Part shown: piece after piece, positions 1-12,125 of the stretch
Layout of the letters: each line of letters opens with the position of its first letter
Numbering within the stretch: the first letter of the stretch is position 1
Origin: Podarcis pityusensis
Taxonomy: Eukaryota
NCBI GenBank assembly: GCA_964106645.2
Contig: OZ078259.1
Length of the DNA: 64,000 nt
Strand: one strand, 5' to 3'
Position numbers and translations under genes: made by a program
Notes under the pieces: generated by a model
The model's input: only the letters and a program-made list of their open reading frames with translations
Databases searched by the model: none
Told to the model about the DNA's origin: nothing

Positions 1-134
1 CTCAAGAACTTGGGACCAATTTACTTGCAGCATTACTCCATATGTGCTCACTCAGCCACTTCATGCAGACCCAGGTCACCAGTCCTGAGCTTCCAGAGCT
101 GCCGTCTGCCATGAAGCACCATTGGAAGAACTCT

Positions 135-188
<54 letters not shown>
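135..188 (+). repeat. (CAG)17 trinucleotide microsatellite
   Basis: Perfect CAG run followed by CAA; it explains the poly-Q in ORF 42..272. Confidence 0.95.
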
Positions 189-1398
189 ATATGTTCTATG
201 CTTATGGTAATATTTTATTCCCTTGCTAATTATGCTGCTTTAAATGTTTGTTTTACATTTTTCTTCCTTTAGTAGCGTTTTCTCTTGAAACATTTCAAGG
301 TTCTGTTTTTTGTTTTTTAAACTTTGCTGTGTTAAATGCGCATCCCATACCTGACCTTTGTACCGTAATGTTTTATTTCAAAATCGTAAAGATAATATTT
401 TAGTTTCCTGTTACTTTTGTTGCTTTTGAATGTATACTTTATTCTTGACCTTTTTCTGTAATGCTTTATACTGGATTGTTTTATTTTATGTTTCAATGTA
501 GGCTATCAACCTCTTTTGAGATTTTCTTCTTTAAATTATAAAGTGGTATAGAAATGAATGTATAATAGTACAGTGCCAGAGGAGCACCCACCTCCAGAGA
601 GACAGGGCTACCTCCAGCGTCTGACAGCACCACGGCAGAGGGAAGGGTCAGAGAAAGGTTCCAACTGCTATTGGGAGGGAAGTGGGAATGGAGAGGGGGG
701 TGGGGCTCAAGGCTTTCGTTTTGGAGATGGGTGAGGTGAGAGAGCAAGTTGAGGACTCCCACCCCACTATCAAGCTGCCCCAATTCCAGCAGAGTCCTCT
801 ACATCCCACTGGAGCCCTCTCTCAGCCCTCTATTCTGCATCATCTTGACTTGGCTATTACATACCCTTCCCCTGTGAGATTTCTGATTGTGATGATTGAT
901 CTGTCCACCTATAGATGACATTTCCTAACAGAAGTTCCTGATCTCTCAATAGTATGACCAAGGTTGCCTTCATGTGACAATTTACTCCATTTATCCCAAC
1001 ACTTCCCTAACTGTTAATTTCCAAATCATTCCTGAGCCTTGACACAGCGCAAATACCACTTCCGTAAAACTAATGGAATATAGTGCTTGTTAAGCACTCA
1101 TTTCTGCTTTGTTTGATTTTTCTTTTTTTAATCTGTTTCCAGCCCCCTTAAGCTGGAAAATCACAGGAGTAAAGTGATGAAATTTAGGGCGGTGTACCAG
1201 CTCAAGGTTTTTTCCTGCCACTTTCAGGGGGGAACAGAAGTAGGTATGTGCGGAGAGGGTGGTTGACTAGCAATGTTGTCCAGTGATGGTCATTGTGCCA
1301 ACATGATGGTATATCCATCAGAAAGCCACAGTTCCACAGCACAACTGCAGCATGAAAGAAGCATTAGAAAAATGGGACAGAAGCACTATCTTAGTAAT

Positions 1399-1663
1399 CC
1401 TTCTGGCGGTTCCCTTGCTACGAGAAGCCAAGTTACAAGGAACCAGGCAGAGGGCCTTCTCCGTAGTGGCACTGCCCTGTGGAACGCCCTCCCACCAGAT
1501 GTCAAAGGGAAAAATAACTACCAAACTTTTAGAAGACATCTGAAGGCAGCCCTGTTTAGGGAAGCTTTCAATGTTTAATAGGTTATTGTATTTTAGTGTT
1601 CTGTTGGAAGCCACCCGGAGTGGCTGGGGAAACCCAGCCAGATGGGCGGGGTATAAATAATAA

Positions 1664-1700
<37 letters not shown>
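1399..1700 (+). mobile_element. L2-clade LINE, 5'-truncated 3' end with (ATT)n tail
   Basis: Encodes LAVPLLREAKLQGTRQRAFSVVA / ALWNALPPDVK...FRRHLKAALFREAFNV with one frameshift; near-identical to the 3' end of the long copy at 58074-60911; ends in an (ATT)n tail. Confidence 0.9.
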
Positions 1701-1701
<1 letters not shown>

Positions 1702-2254
1702 CCGGCAAGCAATATTTCCCACATCTGAATATACCCCACAATATAGAACACAGGGCAGGGCTATGTAAATGAAGTGGTGGGACTATGCAGATTCGGTCTG
1801 TATTGGTTCTCACATAAGTTTTGTGAGAGGTGGCAAATTAGCAGGAGCTCCTGAAGTGTACAGGTCCTATGTCTCCATTTACCCATCCATGGGTGCAGGA
1901 TCCTGGGGGCCCAAGGCACCATGGGTCCCACTAATCTTTCTTTTTCTTTTTCTGAAGGATCCAGGCCTCCTCAATGTTCAGTGTGCATGATGTCAGGACG
2001 TTCTGCGGCATTGCCCGCGAGCCCCCTCAATCCTCCAGAGAAGGTGGCACCTCTGTGCCCATCATGCCAGCTACAAGCATTTTGCTGGTTTCACACTATG
2101 CAGATATGTTAGGGGCAGAGGAGTGTGCTGTGCGCCAGGTTAGACTCTTTGTCCATCTAGTGCATCATTGTCTGACTGGCAGCAGTTTTCTAGGATCTCA
2201 AATGGAAGGGATCTTTCCCATCAGCTGCTACCCGATCCTTTTAAGTAGAGAGGC

Positions 2255-2557
2255 CAGTGTAGTGGCAACTATGCCTATTGGGGCTGGTGGTGCAGAAAGC
2301 AGGGAGGCCAATGGCAGGTGGAGTCAGAGTCAATGACAAGCACAGCCAGAGCCAATGAGAAGCAGAACCAACTAATCCTAAATTTTGTCCTTATCCTCCT
2401 CTCTACTGAGCTCTGCAAGGGCAATGCAAGAAGGAGGTAGCTGAGACCTACTAGACTGGATATACCTAGACTGGTATATACCCCCTAGACTGGATATAGC
2501 CAGGGGGCTGAGGTTGGAGGGGCAGTGCCCCATTTGCTCTGATTGACCAGCCTTTGC
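2255..2557 (+). mobile_element. Old non-autonomous DNA-transposon-like repeat (related copies at ~13455-13710 minus, ~18013-18215, ~36880-36960)
   Basis: Shared internal motifs (ggaggccaa..ggtggggc.agagccaat; ttttgtcc.tatcc) recur in the window. This copy contains a 3x ~17-bp CTAGACTGGATATAC repeat at ~2451-2498. Confidence 0.55.
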
Positions 2558-2558
2558 T

Positions 2559-2621
2559 GACCAGGGACTGAATATAGGATCTTCTGCATGCAAAGCAGAT
2601 GCTTTTATTACTGAGCTATGG
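2559..2621 (-). mobile_element. tRNA-derived SINE head fragment (Squam3-like)
   Basis: Reverse complement of a CCATAGCTCAG..AGCATCTGCTTTGCATGCAGAAG tRNA-like head shared with ~10 other copies in the window. Confidence 0.6.
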
Positions 2622-2629
2622 TTACATGT

Positions 2630-2772
2630 GACACAATGGGTCTGTGTCCAGCTGTTAACCAGAAGGTTGGTGGTTTGAGCCCACCCAGGGACGGCTGTGG
2701 GTAGGATTTCTCCAGTGCAGGGGCTTCAACTAGATGACCCTTGGGGTCCCTTGCAACTCTACAAGTCTATGA
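2630..2772 (+). mobile_element. tRNA-derived SINE with CR1-type 3' tail (Squam2-like)
   Basis: tRNA-like head (GTTAACCAGAAGGTTGGTGGTTTGAGCCC) joined to a CR1-like tail (GGTCCCTTGCAACTCTACAAGTCTATG); other copies at 23672-23830, 36300-36400 and 43893-44030. Confidence 0.75.
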
Positions 2773-4194
2773 AATGTTCCATATAATAAATAAAACAGCT
2801 TTACTCTTCCAAGCTCTTTCCCTGCATCTCCAGGATGTGGTACAGAATGTGAAGAGGAAAAAGACAAAAAAAAAAAGTTATGACATCCCCCCCCCTCCAT
2901 GTCCCCTATAGGAAAGGGTTTGTTTTGTGGAGGGGGTGTGGCTTACTCTGATTTGAATACATGACTTCTCCAGCTTCTCCTTTCACCATGCTTAGTCTCT
3001 GTTTCTTCTTTCACTCCCACCCCTTTGGTTTTTAAAAAGAGGCTTGATGACAAACTATGAGGGATGCTGTTGCAATGGGTTTCCTGCATCAGGGGCTGGA
3101 CTATTTGATATTTGGACATACCTCTCAACTCCAGGCTATTCCAAGGATTGCCATTCTTTCTGGGCCACTGGTCACACTTGGAGTTATGTGCAAGTACAGT
3201 GAGCATCCGTCACAAAATATCTGCCATGGTGTTGTGGCATAACACAAAAGAGCTGCCACACCTAAGCAAAGGGGCATGGGAAAAGATAGGAACACAACAT
3301 GGCGTAGCCGTGCCCCTCCACATCAGTACCCACAATCCACAGAAAGCACAGGCATTTACATTACACCTATGCCATGTATCTTTGCACCTCTCCTCTGTTC
3401 AGACTAGATAGGCTATGCCTCCAGTGCTGACATTCAATGTAACGTGAGCATGCAGCAGGGCGTATGCTCAGTGTAAGAGAAGCCAAGCCACTACAAGCAG
3501 GAACTGAGCAGGAACAACAACCAATATCTTGTGCACTGTGAAGTTTTAAAGGGATATTTACGGAGGCTTTTGAAGGGCTCGTTTTGGAGGGCATTTGATT
3601 GCCTGTGACCCCAGATTCATGACTCCTGATCTGTTCCCTGACCCCAGCTCCGTAGCCATCATATCACTTTTCTAAAAGCTCCCCCCCACTTGTTTCTTCC
3701 TTGCAGTTCGTGCTTACGGTCCCAATGTAGCCTCCCCTTATCTTGCCCCTGAAAGTTCACTCAGGGTTGACTCTGGGGACATGCCAGAAATCATGTCACT
3801 CTTGGTTGTGCCTCTGCTGGTTGCAGCTCTCCTTACTGAAGTCTAAGCTCCCAGGGGTGAGTGAATCCTCTTACGTTCCAGTAATGCTGAGTATACAAAA
3901 TCATTTAGTTTACTACCATTTGCATTTTGCTCATCAAAAACGAAGTAGCATCCCCCCCCTCCCACCAAAAATAATAATTAAAAAATGCATTATACAAAAT
4001 AAGTTGGCAGAGATGAGACATCAGTACATCTGATTCCAGAATGGTTCTTCTGCCCTCTGGAAACCTAGTCAGGTATATTTATGCATGCATGACAAGGGTT
4101 AATCAGTTTCCCACAGTTTGGTTATTAAAGAGGGTTCTCCCTGACCACTAGCCATCTGCTAGGGTGCAGAATTCTTTCCTTCAGGGAAGTGTGC

Positions 4195-4330
4195 CTTAAC
4201 GAATTTTTGACATCACCGTCGCATCGGCTCAGCGTTTTCCTGTCATCTCTCGGTTCCGATTAACTTTTTCTGAATTGACAGCTGCCATCAAAATTGCTGA
4301 GGTGGCAATCTGGAGTGTGTGCTCAATGGA
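4195..4330. promoter_or_regulatory. Candidate conserved non-coding element/enhancer
   Basis: Repeat-free; six CpGs within 4217-4258; MEIS-type CTGTCA (4240) and TGACAG (4276), the latter overlapping E-box CAGCTG. Conservation not tested. Confidence 0.35.
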
Positions 4331-5147
4331 GCAAGGTTAAAGCTTTTCCCCTCTTGTTTGCCACATGGCAGAAAATCAGGGGCAGAGAGAGAGTGGCAGG
4401 CTGAGCTTTTGCCAAACCATGCCCCACAAGGAAAACTGATCTATACTCCTTTGGGTGTTAGTATTTACAAATTAAGTAGCATTTCCCTCCAATGTGTTCT
4501 TTTTAAAAACTACATGAAATGCTTCACTGCTTTCTAAAACTTAAGTCTTAGTTTATTGGCAGAAGCGCACAAAGACTGTACGTACGCTGTGCTAAAAACT
4601 AATAATAATTGGTCAAAATTCTGCATCAGTGTTGGCCATCTTTTGTAACTGTAGTAAATGTTGTGCATATTGTTTCCTGTCTTGTATAACCTATTATGTG
4701 TGTTTTTATTTAAAGGAAAACTATTTTGCATAATTTATTTCACTTTTAGTAGTCATAGAGAGGTTCAAAAGTCTGTATGCCTCCCCACAGTGATGTATAA
4801 ACTCACTGAGGTGCTGAGATCTGAGATTTGTTTGGTATTGTTTGGTATTGCCCACTCCAATCATAAAGACTAGATTTATTAAAGGCGTAATTTTTTGGAA
4901 AGGAAAGCAGCAGCAGCAAGCTGAGATATTTAGGAAACTGGTTTCTGCAACCAATACCTGCAGAATTCTGCAGTGTTCCATGCTTCAGGAGGACCATGTT
5001 ATACGCACAGTCCTGGGTCCTGTCTGTGTAGAAAGGACTGAGAATGAAATTCCAGTCCCTTTAGAAATCCACTGAACATGGCTCAATGGACTAGCTCCTC
5101 CATTGCATTGTTGTAACCCACCCTGAGACCTGCTGGAGAATAATAGG

Positions 5148-5177
5148 TAATTAATTAATTAATTAATTAATTAATTA
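5148..5177. repeat. (TAAT)n microsatellite
   Basis: TAATTAATTAATT... run following an old LINE-tail-like motif (ttgtaacccaccctgagacc). Confidence 0.85.
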
Positions 5178-5315
5178 CTAACAAGAAATAAATTGTGGTT
5201 TTGCTTTGAATACAGTGTGGACATCTCTGAACTTTCCTCGGGAGAAGAAATCAGTTTCTAGCAAAACTGTAAAATATAAAAGAACTATCTGTCTTGCAGG
5301 GGATTGGATGAAATG

Positions 5316-6280
5316 ACCCCCAGGGCTCCTTCCAGCTCTACAATTCTATGAAAGCTGGCACCTAGTCTGAAACTAGGATCTGTAGGGTGGATGAAAGGGG
5401 GAAAAACATACAGGACGACAGCAGGCAGGTATTTGGGCATGAACATATGAACTGGATGGGTGGAGAGATATAGGCAGTCACTACTGGAGACCTGTAGGAA
5501 GGCTGGCAAGCAGCCTTTGGCTCAAAGCCAAAGCCATGGGTTTTTCTGTGCTGTGGCAGAGCTCAAGTAGGGAAGGAAAGTGTTTTCTGCTCAAGGCAAC
5601 CTTATGGGGGCACTGGATGCTAGTTGTGGACAGGGCAGGGGCAAAAGTGTGTTAAGTAACAGATGTGGCAATTGCACCTACTTTAGTTCTGTAGGCTGAA
5701 TTACAATTAAGCAAAAGCCATAGGGAAGCAGGAACCTGATTTGAACCATTGGTCCACCTTGCTCAGCATTGTCTGCACTGACTTAAAGTGACTCTCCAGA
5801 GATTCAGGCAAGAGTGTCCCCCAGCCTTGCCTGGAGATGCTGAGGATTGAACCTGGAGTCTTCTGCATGCTTGTGCATAAATTCCCCCCACCCACCCCTT
5901 GCATGTACAGCATATAGGTGCATACCCAACCTCCATTCAGGCAAGCAAGAGGAAGCATCACATATCAATGAGGCATTCCAATCATGCAAAATCACTTGAG
6001 GAGGGTGTGGAGCAGGGATAATAAGGGGCGTGGCTTGGGGAAAGAGGGTGTGGCTTGTGAAGAGCCTTGAGGACTCGCTAGAGAGGGATGGAGGGCTACA
6101 TTCAACCCCTAGGTCTGATCTCCCTTAAGAGTTTCAGTAGCAGGATGTGGATCCTGAGTGGTCCTCCACTGTCACTTCCAGGCTCAAGCTGAAGCTCTGC
6201 TTCTACAGATGCTAGTTTCAGACTAGGTGCCAGCTTTCATAGAACCATAGAATTGTAGAGTTGGAAGGAACCCCAAGGGT
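5316..6280. repeat. Inverted repeat pair (arms 5316-5385 and 6203-6280)
   Basis: A CR1-like tail plus 35 bp of flank (AAAGCTGGCACCTAGTCTGAAACTAG(G/C)ATCTGTAG) recurs reverse-complemented ~820 bp downstream. Confidence 0.9.
5560..6125 (+). mobile_element. Old hAT-like non-autonomous element interrupted by a tRNA SINE (~5722-5870, minus)
   Basis: Shares GGCAACC..GGGCAAAAGTG..CCATTCAGGCAAGCAAGAGG..GAGGAGGGTG motifs with copies at 44068-44432 (minus) and 54577-54902. Confidence 0.55.
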
Positions 6281-7074
6281 GAGTAGAACTCTTAACTGGG
6301 CAGTAGTACTAGCAGTATGGTGAATGATATACCTGGCTGTCCAGGCTTAATGTATTTGAGATACTTTTCAGTCATTTCCATCATACTTGATTCATTCCTG
6401 TTGATTGTCTACCTCGCCACCACACAAATGATTTATGGTACTGGCAATAGTAGGGGAATGGTTTGGCTTGAGTTTTCCCTCAGGCATCATGCTTTACAAG
6501 GGCTTTTCCCACATGAGGCACGAGGCTTACCTAAACCTCAGTGTTAACAATACGGCAGAAGCAGAATGCAAAGGCGAAACAGTCTTCAAATTGGCATGCT
6601 TTCGCAATGGCATTTGTGACACATGGCCTCCATTATTAGAAGCCATTTTCCTCCTGTAGTTTGTGCATTTTTGGAAAGCACTTAGCCCAAAGGTGAAAAA
6701 TGCTCCATTATGCAGTTTTGGGAAACTATCAAGGAATCCTAAAATGAAATAAAGCACATTGAAAAGTACCCCCTCTCCCAGGTTCCTGACCTAGTTTGTT
6801 AGATACACTGTTTCCTACAAAATTTACTAGATAACAGCTGAATTCACATCATTATAGTTAAAAGCTGTATCAGCATATCCTTTATAAAGTATCCCTTTCT
6901 CTCAACCTTCCCCAGACAGGTCTCAAGTTATTTCCCCCTATAATGATCCTCTGACATTCCCTACGCCTTTGTGAACAGTGACCTGTTTATTGCTGCTTAG
7001 AGACACTAAGATGACTTCTTTTTCTTTGGGACCAATTCTCAGTTCTGATCTGGTTCTTTTTATCACATATAGGG

Positions 7075-7280
7075 CAGAGCTTTCCCAACTGTGTGTCGTG
7101 ACATGTTAGTGTGTCGGCTGCAGTGTGTAGGTGTGTTGCGCAAATGCTTCCTGCGCTCCTCCTGGGACTGAAAAGGGGTTCGTTTGACCTCCGGTTTGCT
7201 AGTAAAACTGAATTACTGTGTTGTGAAATGATGCATGTCCAAAAAGTGTGTCACCAACATGAAAAGTTTGAAAAGCTCTG
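7075..7280. mobile_element. hAT-superfamily MITE
   Basis: TIRs CAGAGCTTTCCCAACT / AGTTTGAAAAGCTCTG; 8-bp TSD ATATAGGG / ACATAGGG. Confidence 0.85.
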
Positions 7281-8159
7281 ACATAGGGAATGAAAAGCAG
7301 TCAAATGTGAAATATTTCCATTTTTAGTGATTTTGCGAATGTTTGAGAAAGGGTGCTTGACAAAGCCAACCCTACTATTAGGCAAGGTGAGAAAGCTACA
7401 TAAGGCAGCAGATATGGAGGGATGCTAGACATAGCTGCATGTGCCAAATGGTTGCCTTGTGCCTTCTAAGCTAGCCCGCTTAGGACATAGTGTGGAATGG
7501 TAGCACTTGGCTGACCTCCCCACAGCTGAGTTGCTTCTGTTTCCTGAGAGGGAAATGGGGAGGGGCAAAGTGGTGGGGAAGTCAGCATGGTGCAAATACC
7601 AATCCAGTGCTCTTGCCACTGTGTTTGCAGTGCACCATCCTCCCCACTGCCTTTCCTTCCCCTTCTCCTTCTTGGAAAGCAGCACGGACTCATCCGTTAG
7701 GAAGTCAGGTGAGCCCCACCAGCCCAGCTTGCTGTCTACTAGCAGGTGAAATGGAGGGTGCCGCCAATGCTGAAGTAAGGATTAAATGCCAATCTAGTTT
7801 GTGTTTGCACATGGGATGGAGGGGGAGGTTGTCAGAGTGAAAGATGCCTCTGTTGCAAGCATTGATGTCTTCGGCATTGTCCACTAAGTAGGTAGTCATG
7901 GCGATGTTGCTCATTATTTCGTGTGAATAATTATGGTTTGCTGTTGACTTTCCTAATAGCCCTGAGTAACGCATTGATTTATTTGATTGATTAAATCAAT
8001 GGCTAAGAAAGCTTGGGTTATAGTATTTTGGACTCCTCTGTGTGCTTCTGAAATTAATTGAGCTGAAGCCTGTGGCTGGACTGCAGGAGGCAATTTACTG
8101 ACCCACTCACTGTAGTGTTTGTGTGTGCCTCTGATTGTTCTTGCTTTTTCACATATAGT

Positions 8160-8372
8160 CTTCTGTGAGCTTGTGGAAAATGCATTCTGTCCCTTTGCTC
8201 CAGTATAACTCTATCCCCATCACCATGAGCACTGTCAGTGGGACATCCAGGAAGCTTGAGCCCCATAACGTTTTGCTGCGCCCCCCTGGTTCTGATTGGG
8301 CATTGTGAGAGCAGGAGGCTGGGATAGATGGACCCTTGGCATAAGCAAGCAAGGCTCTTTTTAGGTTCTTAA
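8160..8372 (-). mobile_element. Squamate interspersed repeat (CR1-associated family; also ~20805-20980, ~35750-35900, 39083-39360)
   Basis: Reverse complement of the AAGAGCC.GCT..ATCAGGCC..GGCCCATC..TCCAGC..CCTG.TCTCACA motif seen in several copies. Confidence 0.55.
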
Positions 8373-9173
8373 CGTTAGCTATCTGTTTACCTTCAGTATT
8401 CAAGATGTTTTCTTATTGTAGTCTGATTATTGTGCCTTGGCTGGTGGTGCTTGTTTCTTGCCAAGCCAGAAAAAGTGTTCTCTTGCCAGCTTCTTTTTCT
8501 GTCCAATGTGTGCTTGCTATTGAATGTACAGATGTTTTTAAATCACATTTCAGCATGTTGTCTAATTTTTATGGCACGTCATTACAGTAACTATCCTGAT
8601 GAAAATGAAAGAGGAAATTGGTTTGGCTTCAAAAATCAATGAGCCATTAAATAGGGGACAGTAGTTGGAATAGGAATTTAGGATATTTAATTAGCTTGGC
8701 AGTGCAGTTGCCTATTCCCTGTTTCCTTCAAAATATCAAGCATGTGTACTGATATTTTTGTGGGATTTGGACATGACACCTTCATTTTTATTTTTATAAG
8801 GGGTCATCCATCACTGGAGCATAGGAAGATATAAAGATGCCATGCTCTGAGGGCCTAACCACACTTCCATTTCTCTCACATCTACCCCCCTCCCACTTGA
8901 AGATCAGTAGTGCCATAAGTTTTGTCCAGGAATCCTGTTCTTCATGCCACACTGCAATGTTTTAAGGAGGCATCCCTGAAAACATTTGATATTCCATCCA
9001 CTGCTGTTCCACTGTTCCTCTTTCTCTGCCCCCTTGTGGTTCAGCTTAGCTGCACATGCCCTCCTTTTCTGTTGTTCTTTGCCTGGGGATTCTTGCAGTT
9101 CACTGTGTTCCTGAACACAAGCACTTAGTATCATGTTGTCACTTCTCCGGAAACCCCAAGAGGGGAGTCCAAC

Positions 9174-9521
9174 AAGGTAAAGGTAAAGGGACGCCTTACC
9201 ATTAGGTCCAGTTGTGACTGACTCTGGGGTTGTGGCGCTCATCTCGCTTTATTGGCCGAGGGAGCCGGCATACAGCTTCCGGGTCATGTGGCCAGCATGA
9301 CTAAGCCGCTTCTGGTGAACCAGAGCAGCGCACGGAAACCTTCCCGCCAGAGCGGTACCTATTTATCTACTTGCACTTTGACGTGCTTTCGAACTGCTAG
9401 GTGGGCGAGAGCAGGGACCAAGCAATGGGAGCTCACCCCATCGTGGGGATTTGAACTGCTGACCTTCTGATCGGCAAGTCCTAGGCTCTGTTGTTTAACC
9501 CACAGCGCCACCCGTGTCCCT
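9174..9521 (-). mobile_element. Sauria SINE (POMSINE/Squam1), near full length
   Basis: Minus strand begins GGGACACGGGTGGCGCTGTGGGTTAAAC, contains the tRNA-related region and ends in the (ACCTTT)n tail. Confidence 0.92.
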
Positions 9522-10016
9522 TATAGCCAAGGGAGGAGGGTGCAATTTGGACAGTGTACATTCATCCGAAGTCATTCCTAACTTTTGCGTTGTGGTCACA
9601 CATCTGACACACATTGGGCACTGGAAAGGAAAAGTGCTTTTGCTCACGTATATGTGGTTGAACACAATGCCTATATGACTGCTAAAGGGGGACACATTAA
9701 AAAATAGTGTGGGGCAGAGGACTGGGAGTGCACAGCAATGTGCTCTGGAGACAACTGGCAAATTTTACTCATGGCGTGGGCAGAAAGAGCCCAGGAAAGG
9801 ATCAGATCAGAAGGGGAACAAATTTCTATTTGGGTTTTAAGGGTTTTTTCATTTGTTCTGATACAGCAGTAAAAAGCTTGTGTTTTTGTTTTTTTAAAAT
9901 GTTTCTTTGTTGGGATATAAATGAAAAGCTTTTGGGCTAGTGTTGCTGATCCAGTGCAAATTCTAAGAAAGCACAGTACAACCGGAAGTGTGTGTCAGAC
10001 TACTGTTCCAACTAGA

Positions 10017-10127
10017 CTCACTGGCAATTCCTCTATTGGGTTTCAGACAAAGGATAGTCCCAGTTCTACCTGGAGATTGAACCCGGGAACCTCCGCATGT
10101 GGATCAGATGCTTTGCCACTGAGCTAA
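10017..10127 (-). mobile_element. tRNA-derived SINE fragment (Squam3-like)
   Basis: Minus strand TAGCTCAGTGGCAAAGCATCTG...GGTTCAATCTCC: A/B-box-like head. Confidence 0.65.
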
Positions 10128-11317
10128 GACAAAGGGAATGGTCCCCTGCATTGCACTGGCTACTCAGTTTGTCTATAGTCTGTAAGGTTCTTTGTTCTGC
10201 ACATAACTTTTAATCATTTAAGTGACATATGAATTTTACTGAAAGTCAGTTGGGCTTGTCTACCATTGTTGCTCTTAAAAATCCCACCGACTGAGTTCAG
10301 TGCAATTATGCAATGGAAACACATTAGTATCTCCTGCTGCAATTATTAAGTGTGATTACCCTGGCTTGCCTTGGGTTGCTGTGTAGTTTACTTTTTATTT
10401 TTCACCCAGGGCATGTCTTTCTGAATCTAGGTGATTCTCTTTGTATGCTTTTTGCATGATGACAGCTGCATAATGGAGGCAGGAGAAGAGTAGGAGCCTG
10501 AATTGAAGGGTTATTTTCTAGTCTAGAAAAGAAAATTGTGATAGAAAATTGCATATGTTGTAGAACTACTCTGTATCCTTGCCAAATCAAGGCTTCTTGC
10601 TTTCCCTCATTTGTCATGGTGTATTTTTGGGGGGTTTTTTCCAGCATGGATTCAGCTGGCCCAGACTCTGCTGGACTTCCCAGTAGGATGATGTAGGCAT
10701 TTTCAGCCTGAAGCAATCCCATTGTCAGGACAGCTTTGGCTGATACTCATTGTGAAATTCTTTTCTGTTAATTTAATCAGGAGCACTGGAAAGAAATCAG
10801 TGCCTCAGGCATGATCTCACAGTGGCCTCTAATACCAATTTAAGTCATTTCCAACTGGTAGATGAAAGAGGCTACTGACATACAGCTTTTCCTCCCCCTT
10901 CCCATTTATTAAACTGTTCTCTTAAACCTCAAAGTGAGGTCAATTCTGCAGCTCCTGTGCATTTACACTGATGTGCCAACTTCTGTGCAATTCAGATACC
11001 TGCCCACAGCCTACACATATATGGATATAACTAGAGGCTGTTGCCCTGCTCATGTTGCTCATCAGCTTCATGCTGCTCTGTGACTTCATGCAAATCCAGG
11101 ACTGTGATGCAGTAGTACATATCCTCCAATGGGAGCTGAGTGGTGACAGCCTTACATTTTTATGTATATTGGAAGACACAGTGCTTTTTCTGGGGGTACA
11201 CAGGGGTACGTATACACGTTTTGTGAATCTTTGTACTTTTGTCCATTTACTGTATTTATTTTTCCTGATTTGAACTATAAAATGATGATTTCATTGAGTC
11301 AAAATGAGAGGACCCCT

Positions 11318-11319
<2 letters not shown>

Positions 11320-11358
<39 letters not shown>
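11320..11358. repeat. (CA)n microsatellite
   Basis: About 19 CA units. Confidence 0.95.
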
Positions 11359-11359
<1 letters not shown>

Positions 11360-11384
11360 CACTGGGAAGACATAATAATTACTT

Positions 11385-11848
11385 TGCTGGATCAAACCAA
11401 GATGCATCTAGATCAAAATCATTTTGCCTTTATATACATATCTAATTCACACTTTTTGAAAGAAGATGCAAACTGAAATACAGCCATCCTTCAAAATTCA
11501 CTCTTCTTCAGATTTTGCAGTGTAGTCAGGTAACATGTACAAAAATGCATAGTGTAAAGTGTGCATATAAATTCATATTTTATTGGAAATGCTGTACAAA
11601 ATTGCATTATATTAGCAAAAATTGCTTTGTAGAAATGTGATTATTAGGCAAAATTGCATACAAAAAATGTGTTATGTGTTAGAAGATGTATCAGGAGAAA
11701 TTCACACTAAAATGCTATTGAATTTTCATAAGGACTTTCTTTTTCTTTTTTAAATGCAAACATATCTGAAATTGTGGAGAACTGAACGTAAGTTTAGGAA
11801 AAGGAGAAACTGAGAGCAACCAACATTGAGATTTTTGGCCATCCCTAT
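11385..11848 (+). mobile_element. AT-rich old interspersed repeat ending CATCCCTA (related copies ~12130-12375 minus, ~41260-41705, ~46445-46735, ~53790-54020 minus)
   Basis: Shared motifs ACAGCCATCCTT..AAATT, AAAATTGCATAC, AATTCACAC.AAA, GAGAAACTG across five loci; TAGGGATG/CATCCCTA-like termini suggest a DNA transposon derivative. Confidence 0.65.
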
Positions 11849-11910
11849 TGTAGGCAAACTTTCCATTTCCAGCAGTGGCCCAGCCAGATGAAATTTTCTG
11901 CCCCAAGAAT

Positions 11911-12125
11911 CTGCCTTATGATGATTCAAATCATTGGTTTACCTAGCTCAGTACTGCTGACACTGACTGGCAGCATCTCTCCAGCGTTTCAGACAGGGAC
12001 TCTTCCAGCCTTACCTCTAGGTTGAAACTGCAACCTGCTGAATGCAAAGTAGATGCTCTGCCACTGATCTAGGACTGTTATCTGAGGGGCCATAGCTCCA
12101 TGACAGAAAGTCTGATGTGCAGGCA
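11911..12125. mobile_element. Two tRNA-SINE fragments head-to-head (11911-12075 minus; 12085-12125 plus)
   Basis: Minus copy body TACCTAGCTCAGTACTGCTGACACTGACTGGCAGC; plus head GGGGCCATAGCTCC..GAAAGTCTGATGTGCAGGCAGAA. Confidence 0.6.

Noticed and set aside
42-272. Poly-glutamine ORF
   Set aside because: It is a CAG microsatellite followed by AT-rich low-complexity DNA, with no splice or homology support.
3707-3857. Plus-strand acceptor (TTCTTCCTTGCAG) and donor (GGG|GTGAGT) pair
   Set aside because: All three frames contain stops before the donor, and there is no other support.
7972-8001. CATTGATTTA...TAAATCAATG palindrome with PBX-HOX-like sites
   Set aside because: It may simply be the centre of an old palindromic MITE; it cannot be distinguished from a regulatory site without an alignment.
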